43,301 bases of DNA. It comes from Clostridiales bacterium (GTDB taxonomy: Bacteria > Bacillota > Clostridia > Christensenellales > SZUA-584). The stretch is taken from assembly GCA_029265435.1 (NCBI GenBank), contig JAJUJH010000005.1, positions 1-43,301 of the forward strand, in the 5' to 3' direction. Shown one piece after another: positions 21,164-29,002 of this stretch (positions are counted from its first letter, which is position 1; each line of letters opens with the position of its first letter). The notes below the pieces were generated by a model. It was not told the origin of the DNA. It saw only the letters and a list, made by a program, of their open reading frames with translations, and searched no databases. The position numbers were made by a program, and so were the translations under genes.

Positions 21164-22135
21164 ATGGCTCAGATACTGTCTTTGCTTCAGGCGGCCATTG
21201 TGTTCGGTACGGTGATATTATTTGGTTCAGTCGGAGAAATTCTGACGGAGAAGTCCGGAAACCTGAATCTGGGCGTACCGGGAATCATGTATCTCGGAGG
21301 CATCGCGGGCCTTGCGGGTTCTTTTATGTATGAAACGGCTGCGGAAGTTCCAGTGCCTTGGGTCGGAATGGTGATCGCTCTTGCGTGTGCGTTGGCGGCG
21401 TCGCTGCTGGCAGGGCTGATATACAGCTTTCTGACGATCACGCTGCGTGCCAACCAGAACGTCACGGGCTTGACGCTGACCATTTTCGGCGGCGGTGTCG
21501 CGAACTTTTTCGGCGGCGCGCTCAACAATATGGCCGGAGGCGTGGGGCAGATATCCGTCGCGGCAACGAGCAGCGCATACCGCGCAACGTTGCCGTTTCT
21601 ATCAAGCATAGACGTTTTTTCCGCACTCGGCTTTATGGTTTATCTGGCGATTATACTGGCCTTTCTGGTCAGCTGGTTTCTCAACAAATCGCGCAAGGGC
21701 CTAAATCTCCGCGCGGTGGGTGAAAATCCCGCAACGGCGGATGCGGCGGGCATCAACGTGACCAAATACAAGTACTTTGCGACTTGTATCGGCGCGGCCA
21801 TTACCGGCCTTGGCGGTTTGTATTACGTAATGGACTATATAAAGGGCACATGGGCAATTGACGGCGGCATTGAAAAGCTCGGCTGGCTGGCCGTGGCGCT
21901 TGTGATATTCGCGCGCTGGAAGCCCAAGCACGCCATCTGGGGTTCTTATCTGTTTGGAGTATTGTTTTGGCTGTTCTTTTATATACCGGGCCTCACGCGC
22001 TCGTCGCAGGAGCTTTTCAAAATGCTGCCCTATCTGGTGACGATCGTTGTGCTGATCATCGTATCGATGCGCAGGAAGCGTGAGAATCGCCCGCCGGAAA
22101 GCCTCGGGCTTCCATACTTCCGCGAAGACAGATAA
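21164..22135 (+). CDS. ABC transporter permease 2 (nucleoside type)
   Basis: ATG at 21164 after AGGAGG; EKSGNLNLG; RAVGENP.TADAAGINV; LPYLVTI. Confidence 0.9.
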   Translation: MAQILSLLQAAIVFGTVILFGSVGEILTEKSGNLNLGVPGIMYLGGIAGLAGSFMYETAAEVPVPWVGMVIALACALAASLLAGLIYSFLTITLRANQNVTGLTLTIFGGGVANFFGGALNNMAGGVGQISVAATSSAYRATLPFLSSIDVFSALGFMVYLAIILAFLVSWFLNKSRKGLNLRAVGENPATADAAGINVTKYKYFATCIGAAITGLGGLYYVMDYIKGTWAIDGGIEKLGWLAVALVIFARWKPKHAIWGSYLFGVLFWLFFYIPGLTRSSQELFKMLPYLVTIVVLIIVSMRRKRENRPPESLGLPYFREDR

Positions 22136-22153
22136 GCAGACCATATTTGATGC

Positions 22154-22185
22154 AAAAAAGGCTTTGGCTTGTGTCAGAGCCTTTT
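22154..22185. terminator. Bidirectional intrinsic terminator between convergent operons
   Basis: AAAAAAGGCTTTGG-loop-TCAGAGCCTTTT. Confidence 0.8.
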
Positions 22186-22186
22186 A

Positions 22187-22711
22187 TTATCGGTCGTATA
22201 CGCTGCTGCCGCGGCTGTCGACGGCGACAATGAGCGGCACATGGTCAAAAGTCAGACGACGGATCGCTTCCGCGCCGAGATCGGGAAACGCGACGAGCTG
22301 CGCCTCGATAATATGCGAAGCAATCAGCGCGCCTGCGCCGCCCACAGCCGCAAAGTAAACGGCGTTGTTGCGCACAATGGCCTCGCGCACCTCGGGAGAA
22401 ACCGGCCCTTTGCCGATCACGAAATGCAGACCCATATCGTAAAGCATGGGAGCATAAGCGTTCATACGTGACGAGGTGGTGGGGCCGCACGAGTTGATGA
22501 CGCGCCCGGGCATATCCGGGCACGGTCCTGCATAATAGATGCCGCTTCCGGACACTTCAAACGGCAGCGCTTCGCCGTTTCGGATCATTTCATACAGCCG
22601 CGCGTGCGCCGCATCGCGGGCGGTGTAAACAGTTCCCGAAAGCGTTACGCTCATTCCGGCGCGAAGATTTTTTCGTATATCGGCGCTCAACGGTGTGGTC
22701 AAATCGGTCAT
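22187..22711 (-). CDS. Fe-S hydro-lyase beta subunit (class I fumarate hydratase / tartrate dehydratase)
   Basis: YTARDAAHARL; YYAGPCP; GPTTSSRM; IGKG; GGAGA; LGAEA. Confidence 0.93.
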   Translation of the reverse strand: MTDLTTPLSADIRKNLRAGMSVTLSGTVYTARDAAHARLYEMIRNGEALPFEVSGSGIYYAGPCPDMPGRVINSCGPTTSSRMNAYAPMLYDMGLHFVIGKGPVSPEVREAIVRNNAVYFAAVGGAGALIASHIIEAQLVAFPDLGAEAIRRLTFDHVPLIVAVDSRGSSVYDR

Positions 22712-22720
22712 ATCGGCTCC

Positions 22721-23557
22721 TTAAAGCGTAATGCTTGCGTGGCGCGCCGCATGGCACTGGAAGTTGACGGCCACGGGCAGCCCCGCAATATGTGTAGGGT
22801 AAGCGCTAATGTGAACGGCGAAACAGTAGCTGCCGCCGCCGAAACCCATTGCGCCTATGCCAAGCGCGTTGATATCGTTTTTGAGCTCGGCTTCCAGACC
22901 CGCGAGAAACGGATCGGGATTCACGCTGCCGATTTCGCGCAGCAATTGTTTTTTAGCCATCAGCGCGCACTTTTCAAATGTGCCGCCTATGCCGACGCCG
23001 ATTACGACGGGCGGGCATGGGCTGCCCCCCGCGGCTTTCACGCTTTCGATGACAAAGCTCTTTATGCCGCTTAAACCGTCGCTCGGCTTGAGCATCGCGA
23101 TCCTGCTCATGTTTTCACTGCCGAATCCTTTGGGCGCGGCGCTGATTTTAAGACCGTCGCCCGAAACGATATCGTAATGGATGACGGCCGGCGTGTTGTC
23201 ATTCGTGTTTTTGCGGCTGATCGGGTTAAGAACGGACTTTCGCAAATAGCCCGTGTCATAGGCTTCGCGCACGCCCGCGTTGACGGCATCTTCAAGGCTG
23301 CCGCTGATATGCACGTCCTGTCCGATCTCGATAAAAACCACGGCCATACCCGTATCCTGGCAGTATGGCATATGCGTCTCTTTGGCGATCCTGGCATTGA
23401 GCAAAAGCTGACGCAGCCCTTCCTTGGCGGGCGCGCACGTTTCATTCTCATAGGCGTTTTTGATGGCATCCAAAACATCGGCGCCCGGCATGCGGCAGGC
23501 TTCAAGAAAAAGGCTTTTGACGGCGGCGGTAATCTCGGCGGCTTCAATGTTTCTCAT
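22721..23557 (-). CDS. Fe-S hydro-lyase alpha subunit (class I fumarate hydratase / tartrate dehydratase)
   Basis: CQDTG; PKGFGSEN; PCPP..IGVGIGGT; HIAGLPVAVNFQCHAAR. Confidence 0.93.
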   Translation of the reverse strand: MRNIEAAEITAAVKSLFLEACRMPGADVLDAIKNAYENETCAPAKEGLRQLLLNARIAKETHMPYCQDTGMAVVFIEIGQDVHISGSLEDAVNAGVREAYDTGYLRKSVLNPISRKNTNDNTPAVIHYDIVSGDGLKISAAPKGFGSENMSRIAMLKPSDGLSGIKSFVIESVKAAGGSPCPPVVIGVGIGGTFEKCALMAKKQLLREIGSVNPDPFLAGLEAELKNDINALGIGAMGFGGGSYCFAVHISAYPTHIAGLPVAVNFQCHAARHASITL

Positions 23558-23581
23558 GCGGTTCTCCTCCCGTTTGCGTCA

Positions 23582-26500
23582 TCAGCCGTTCGGAAACAGC
23601 TCAGCGATCTTCTCATCTGAAAGATTGAAATAAGACTGAAGGCCCTTGATCGCGTAATGACGCCTGTTCTCTATGTTGCTGCGAAGCTTGCGGATATTGT
23701 TCTCCCAGCTGCTCATAGACGATGGGCGCCCCCATTTTTGTATTGTGCGCGGCATCTCGCTCCGTATTGAGTCCGTCAAGCTGTCGTAAAGAGAAAGAAG
23801 CTTGTCGGTGGTGAGCACCGTATTCAGCACCTGCGCGTATCGCTTCACAAACGCGTCGCACCAGGCCTGATTCTTCCTGAAGCCATAGTAAAGCCCCATA
23901 TCAAAAAAGTATTGCTTGCCGTCTTCATGCAGCGGTCCTAAAATGCCGGTTGAACTGAAAATCGAGCCGAAATTTGAGGCGCTTGCGCTTCCAAGCGCCA
24001 AATCAAGGTCGTAAAACAAAGGACGCCACTTGAGCGTGTTATCCGACGTGTGGGCGTATTTCTGGTTGTAATAATCCGAACTGTTAAAAAAGTGTATGGC
24101 GATCAGATAGTCCATGAAGTAATCGGAATCCGCAATCTCGGTGTATTTGGCAAACTGCTCGTCGCTTGCCGTGTTGCCTCTGGCTATCGAGAAAACGCGG
24201 TTGATGCTGGCCTGCTGGCCGACAAAAATCCACTGGTTGCGCGCCATTTCCACCTTGTCCGCATCGATTCCATGTTTTGCGGCAAGATAATCCTCGTTCT
24301 GGTTTTCTTTGAATTCATAGAGTCCGTAATATTGCCCGTTGATATAGACGACGACGAATTTCGACTGCATATTGTCGATATTCATGCCGTTGACAGCCAT
24401 TTGAAAGTAAACGTCTCGAAGCCGCGTATTGTCCTGATCCTGCCCCATATTGCGCAGAGACAGCGATTTGAACGTTGTGATGCCGTAGCCTTCGAAAAAC
24501 GGATATGTGACGGCGCTTTGGCCGTAGCCGCCGCGCAGATAAAGATTGATGGACTTCTGCGGATACTGACGCGTCCCTGCGCCCGCTAGCCGAAAGCCGG
24601 CAGGAAACCGGACGCCGAGAGTGCCGTCCGCTTCGTAGTATTCCACATATCCCGCGCGTTCTTTTCCGTCACCGCGCTCCTGGCTTGAAAACACATAACT
24701 TTTATCGCTTTCGGATATCGAAAGACAAACCACTGGAAGCGAATGCTTTTCTTCAAAAAGATATGTCGCCACGGTTTCATTGCTGGAAAGCTTGCCGGGC
24801 GCCGCTGCGATTGCGCGCACGGTCTGAGTGGAGGATATGGTGATCGGCCCTGTATACGGCGTGGAGCTTTCGGACGGTGTGGACCCGTCCAGCGTGTAGT
24901 AAACGGTTTCTCCCGCCTTTGCTGTGATTTCAAGTGTGATAGGCGCAGAATGGTAGCCGCCGTTTACCGAAAAAAACGGCGCGTTGCAGTATCCGCTGAT
25001 CGTATCGGCGGTGTTCGCCGCGCCCGGTGTGGGCGTGCTGAAAAAAGCCGTTGTGACGGTTTCGCCGCTTGTGAGCCTGCCCTTGGATATGCCGGGACGC
25101 AACACGCCGGTATTAAGCTGGTCAAGTACAAGACCCTGCGGATTCGACAGATAAACCGTCTCACCCGAAAGCGATATATGAAGCTCGTCTGTTGCGTCGC
25201 CGTTTTGAAAACGGTCGATCTTGATATAGCCGCCGGCACTGACGGATGCGCTTCCGATCTGCCATTTTTTCAGGTTTTTGCGCGAATCCGACAGGTAATA
25301 GCCCGATATGTCGATATCGGATTGTGTGCCGTTGTAAAGCTCGATCCAGTCGCTTTGACCGTCTTTGGCCTTACTGACGCTCGACACCTCGCTGATGATA
25401 AGATAAGAAGTGCCGCCTGCGGCGGCAATTTCCGTGAAACCCTGTGTGCTGTTGGCGGCAAGCGGCGTCGGCATTGGGAAGTACTGCCATGTTCCGTCTG
25501 CGGTCCGTCCGTAAGACACGTTGTCCTTGCTTTGGGCGGGCAGGTCCACCGTTTGTACCGTACAGGACGCGATATCGGTGAGAAAAAGCTGTGTTTCATC
25601 GCTGCCGATTTTGAAGTTGGCATGAAGCTCCGAGCCGATCCTGTCTTTTCCCGAAAGGTAAACGAGCGCGTAGCCGCCGGGCGCGATCTCTGCGTCGGGC
25701 AGCCGGTACTTCAACAGCCTGTCTTTGTTGTCGGAAAGCGCATAGTCCGAAAGGTTCACGGTTTTATCGGACGTGTTGAAAAGCTCGACCCACGGCGAGC
25801 GATCGCCGTCTTCGTCGATGATGGAAAAGCTGTTCTTAAGCAGTATCTCATCGACGATGACATCGCCGGCACCGTCCGAAATGGCGATTGAATCCAAACA
25901 TTCCGTATCGTTGGCTTCGCCGGGTGTTGAGCGCATATAATAGACGGTATTGCCGTTATCGCTTCGGCCTGCGGAAATGCCTGCGGGCGAGGCGGCGTCC
26001 CATGTGATTCTATCGACGACGTTTCCGAATACGTCAAGAAGCGCCACGGTGGTTTCCTCACTGCCGATTTTAAACGGCACCTCGGCATCTCCGGCTGAGC
26101 CCGTAAACCGAATGACCGCGTATTGTCCGGCCTCGAGCGTCATTTTCGGCAGCTTGGCTTTTTTGGGGTTGGACAGATTCTCGGTGATATAGTATTGAGA
26201 GAGGTCGATCGGTTCGCTTCCCGTATTTGTCAGCTCAATCCACCCGTAAGGATCCGAATCGGATACGCTTTGCGGCAGTATTTCGCTGATTTTGAGAGAC
26301 GCGTCGATTTGGCCAGAGATTTCGTCGATGGAGGAGAAACCCTGCGCATCGTTCGCAGCGCCGGGCGTTGGACATGAGAAAAACTGGTATGAACCATCCT
26401 TGCCGATTCCGTATGAAATATCGGCTTCAAGCGCGGGAACAGATAGTCTTTGGAGCGTTCCGTGCGGTGCGGACAAAACCAGCTGTTCTCCGTTTTTGGA

Positions 26501-26854
26501 AAGCTTAAAGCCCGTACAGTAAATCTGGCTGCCCGCGTCTTCGGTTGCGGTGCAGCAGTAAACGATCATATAAGCGCCGGCTTCAATGGAAGCGCCGTCG
26601 GGGAACTCAAATTCGTTTTTGGATGCAACGATTGAATAGCCGCTCAAATCGATCATTTCGCCCGATGCGTTGTAAAGCTCTATCCAGTCCGGGTTGCCAA
26701 GCACAGGGTCTGTCAGCGAGCTGCTGTTGGAACTGACCACTTCGGATATATACAGGCCGGAGGGCGCCGCGCCGGATGCCGCTTGGGTGCATCCCGCAAG
26801 CGACGCAGCCGTCAGTATGACTGCCAAAACAAGAGAGTATAATCGCTTCATCAT
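23582..26854 (-). CDS. Large lipoprotein: four lamin-tail-like domains, Fn3-associated/chitobiase-like domain, CotH-family kinase domain
   Basis: Probable start MMKRLYS at 26854 with lipobox LAGC; four I(S/D)E...W(I/V)ELxN...TP(G/L) repeats; YYTLDGSTP; QKS, VYINGQYYGLYEFKE, WRPLFYDLD. Confidence 0.85.
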   Translation of the reverse strand: MMKRLYSLVLAVILTAASLAGCTQAASGAAPSGLYISEVVSSNSSSLTDPVLGNPDWIELYNASGEMIDLSGYSIVASKNEFEFPDGASIEAGAYMIVYCCTATEDAGSQIYCTGFKLSKNGEQLVLSAPHGTLQRLSVPALEADISYGIGKDGSYQFFSCPTPGAANDAQGFSSIDEISGQIDASLKISEILPQSVSDSDPYGWIELTNTGSEPIDLSQYYITENLSNPKKAKLPKMTLEAGQYAVIRFTGSAGDAEVPFKIGSEETTVALLDVFGNVVDRITWDAASPAGISAGRSDNGNTVYYMRSTPGEANDTECLDSIAISDGAGDVIVDEILLKNSFSIIDEDGDRSPWVELFNTSDKTVNLSDYALSDNKDRLLKYRLPDAEIAPGGYALVYLSGKDRIGSELHANFKIGSDETQLFLTDIASCTVQTVDLPAQSKDNVSYGRTADGTWQYFPMPTPLAANSTQGFTEIAAAGGTSYLIISEVSSVSKAKDGQSDWIELYNGTQSDIDISGYYLSDSRKNLKKWQIGSASVSAGGYIKIDRFQNGDATDELHISLSGETVYLSNPQGLVLDQLNTGVLRPGISKGRLTSGETVTTAFFSTPTPGAANTADTISGYCNAPFFSVNGGYHSAPITLEITAKAGETVYYTLDGSTPSESSTPYTGPITISSTQTVRAIAAAPGKLSSNETVATYLFEEKHSLPVVCLSISESDKSYVFSSQERGDGKERAGYVEYYEADGTLGVRFPAGFRLAGAGTRQYPQKSINLYLRGGYGQSAVTYPFFEGYGITTFKSLSLRNMGQDQDNTRLRDVYFQMAVNGMNIDNMQSKFVVVYINGQYYGLYEFKENQNEDYLAAKHGIDADKVEMARNQWIFVGQQASINRVFSIARGNTASDEQFAKYTEIADSDYFMDYLIAIHFFNSSDYYNQKYAHTSDNTLKWRPLFYDLDLALGSASASNFGSIFSSTGILGPLHEDGKQYFFDMGLYYGFRKNQAWCDAFVKRYAQVLNTVLTTDKLLSLYDSLTDSIRSEMPRTIQKWGRPSSMSSWENNIRKLRSNIENRRHYAIKGLQSYFNLSDEKIAELFPNG

Positions 26855-26891
26855 TTTCCCGCTTTTTAAGACAAAATTTCGTGATGCAAGT

Positions 26892-26920
26892 ATTATAATA
26901 CATATTATAGTAATGAACAA
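26892..26920 (-). promoter_or_regulatory. Putative sigma-A promoter of the CotH-like gene
   Basis: Minus strand TTGTTC-N17-TATAAT, 37 nt upstream of the 26854 start. Confidence 0.55.
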
Positions 26921-27012
26921 TGGCTTTGTAGACTTTGAGCGACAATTCACAATCATTTCATTATTCTGTGACTTGCCGCAGTATGCCGCCACATTTTTAC
27001 ATCAATTGCGGC

Positions 27013-27040
27013 TTGACTTTTGTTGCGTATATGTTATAAT
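27013..27040 (+). promoter_or_regulatory. Sigma-A promoter of tRNA-Leu
   Basis: TTGACT-N16-TATAAT with extended TGn. Confidence 0.75.
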
Positions 27041-27058
27041 CTCATCTGCGGCAAAAAT

Positions 27059-27143
27059 GCGAGGGTGGCGGAACTGGCAGACGCGCACGTTTGAGGGGCG
27101 TGTGGTGTATACCGTAGGGGTTCAAGTCCCCTTCCTCGCACCA
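27059..27143 (+). tRNA. tRNA-Leu(GAG)
   Basis: Acceptor stem GCGAGGG/TCCTCGC; anticodon arm CACGT-TTGAGGG-GCGTG; long variable arm; GGTTCAAGTCC; encoded CCA. Confidence 0.96.
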
Positions 27144-27151
27144 TTGAAATC

Positions 27152-27183
27152 GAAGGCTCGTGAATGCGGGTCTTTTGTTTTGT
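27152..27183 (+). terminator. Terminator after tRNA-Leu
   Basis: AAGGCTCG-loop-CGGGTCTT followed by a T-rich run. Confidence 0.65.
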
Positions 27184-27325
27184 TTAAGCGTCACAAAGAC
27201 GCGGCATAACTACCGATACAAACATGCTCTCTTTTCACCGACAGAATAACCGTACGACAATCTGAAACAGAATATTGGTTGAAGCTTATTAATAATGTGT
27301 ATTAATAAAGAAAAGGGAGACGCCA

Positions 27326-28582
27326 ATGTGCCGCTTGCAGAATAAACAAGAGAAGCCGAATGGAAAAAGGCCGTACAGCGCGAGGGAGATTCTGAAATAC
27401 ATCGGCCCCGGTTTGCTTGTGACCGTAGGCTTTATTGATCCCGGCAACTGGGCATCCAACATATCGGCCGGCAGCGATTACGGATATACGCTGCTTTGGA
27501 TGGTCACGCTGTCCACGATCATGCTGATACTGCTTCAGCATAATGTGGCGCATCTTGGCATCGCGACAGGCGACTGCCTTGCCGAAGCGGCGTCGAAGCA
27601 TTTAAGGCCTGCCGTTTCGCGGACGCTGCTGGCAACCGCCGTGCTGGCCTCGGTATCCACAGCGCTTGCGGAGATACTTGGAGGCGCAATCGCGCTGGAG
27701 CTGCTTTTTGGGCTGCCGATCCGTCTCGGCGCGGTGATGGTGTTGGTTTTGGTGCTCTGGCTGCTATTGACCAATTCGTATAGACGGCTCGAGAAATTCA
27801 TCATCGGATTTGTCTCAATCATCGGGTTTTCGTTTTTATACGAGCTCAGTATTGTGAATGTGGATTGGGGTCAGGCGGCGCAAGGGTGGGTGATGCCGGC
27901 GTTTCCGCACGGTTCAATGCCCGTTATCATGGCGGTGCTGGGCGCGGTGGTGATGCCGCACAACCTGTTTCTGCATTCCGAGGTCATACAAAGCCGAGAG
28001 TGGAACAAGAAGGACCCGGCTGTGATCAAAAAGCAGCTGAGGTTTGAGTTTGTGGATACGCTTTTTTCAATGGTGATTGGATGGTGTATTAACAGCGCAA
28101 TGATCATATTGGCCGCGGCCGCATTTTTCAGCAGAGGCGCTTCGGTGACGGAGCTTTCACAGGCGCAGCGGATACTGGAGCCGATGCTCGGCAAGGGTGC
28201 GGCAGTGGTGTTCGGCGTCGCGCTTTTGTTTTCGGGCATATCGTCTGCCACAACGGCCGGCATGGCGGGCGGCACGATCATTGCGGGCTTTTTCAAGCAG
28301 CCGTATGATATCAAGCAGAAGCATACGAAGTTTGGAGTTGCCGCCATACTCGCAGCCGCCACATCCGCCATATTCCTTATTTCCGATCCGTTTCAGGGGC
28401 TTGTTTACTCGCAGATGTTTTTGAGCATACAGCTGCCGTTCACGATATTTTTGCAGATCTATCTCACATCGTCGAAAAGGGTCATGGGGGAATACAGAAA
28501 CTCCGCGGCGCATCAGGCTGTGCTGATCGTGATTGCCGCGGCGGTCACTGCGCTCAACATCATGCTGATAATAAGCCTCTGA
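27326..28582 (+). CDS. mntH: Nramp-family divalent metal (Mn2+) transporter
   Basis: TM1 motif DPGNW and TM6 motif VMPHNLFLHS; about 11 TM segments. Confidence 0.92.
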   Translation: MCRLQNKQEKPNGKRPYSAREILKYIGPGLLVTVGFIDPGNWASNISAGSDYGYTLLWMVTLSTIMLILLQHNVAHLGIATGDCLAEAASKHLRPAVSRTLLATAVLASVSTALAEILGGAIALELLFGLPIRLGAVMVLVLVLWLLLTNSYRRLEKFIIGFVSIIGFSFLYELSIVNVDWGQAAQGWVMPAFPHGSMPVIMAVLGAVVMPHNLFLHSEVIQSREWNKKDPAVIKKQLRFEFVDTLFSMVIGWCINSAMIILAAAAFFSRGASVTELSQAQRILEPMLGKGAAVVFGVALLFSGISSATTAGMAGGTIIAGFFKQPYDIKQKHTKFGVAAILAAATSAIFLISDPFQGLVYSQMFLSIQLPFTIFLQIYLTSSKRVMGEYRNSAAHQAVLIVIAAAVTALNIMLIISL

Positions 28583-28738
28583 TTCATTTGAGCAAGAATG
28601 CGGTTTTGGTGAGCAGCTCGTCGTCGGGCATTACGCTCTGATGATATTTCCTGATTATGTTTTTCTATACCGCCATAATCGATATCCGGCCATGTTCCAA
28701 ACCAGTGGCTGGAAATAAAAAATAGTCAAAATGCCCTA

Positions 28739-28767
28739 TTGCGCGCCTGACGAAAATACGCTATAAT
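28739..28767 (+). promoter_or_regulatory. Sigma-A promoter of tRNA-Ala
   Basis: TTGCGC-N17-TATAAT. Confidence 0.7.
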
Positions 28768-28781
28768 ACGTTTCTGGACAT

Positions 28782-28857
28782 GGGGCATTGGCTCAGCTGG
28801 TAGAGCGCTGCGTTCGCAATGCAGAGGTCAGCGGTTCGATCCCGCTATGCTCCACCA
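28782..28857 (+). tRNA. tRNA-Ala(CGC)
   Basis: 76 nt; acceptor stem GGGGCAT/ATGCTCC with G3:U70; anticodon loop TTCGCAA; GGTTCGATCCC; CCA. Confidence 0.97.
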
Positions 28858-28888
28858 AAGGCATCGGAGAGATCCGGAGCCTTTTTTA
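28858..28888 (+). terminator. Terminator after tRNA-Ala
   Basis: AAAGGCATCGGA-loop-TCCGGAGCCTTTTTT. Confidence 0.7.
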
Positions 28889-29002
28889 TTTTCCCGACAG
28901 GGCCTGTTCTTGGGTTTAATCGGTTGCCAATAAGCCCCTTATTCTGATAGTATACGTTTAGAAACGCATATCTAAATTCATTTTTACAGAAGGTGATTAT
29001 CA

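Noticed and set aside
26855-26992. 46-aa N-terminal extension of the CotH-like ORF shown in the ORF track
   Set aside because: The signal peptide, RBS and a promoter at 26892-26920 all point to a start at 26854 or 26851.
28585-28700. Possible minus-strand gene remnant (KNIIRKYHQSVMPDDELLTKTAFLLK*)
   Set aside because: Short, with no start codon or RBS in frame and no recognisable homology.
27059-28857. tRNA-integrated genomic island
   Set aside because: I found no integrase and no duplicated tRNA 3' end in the window.
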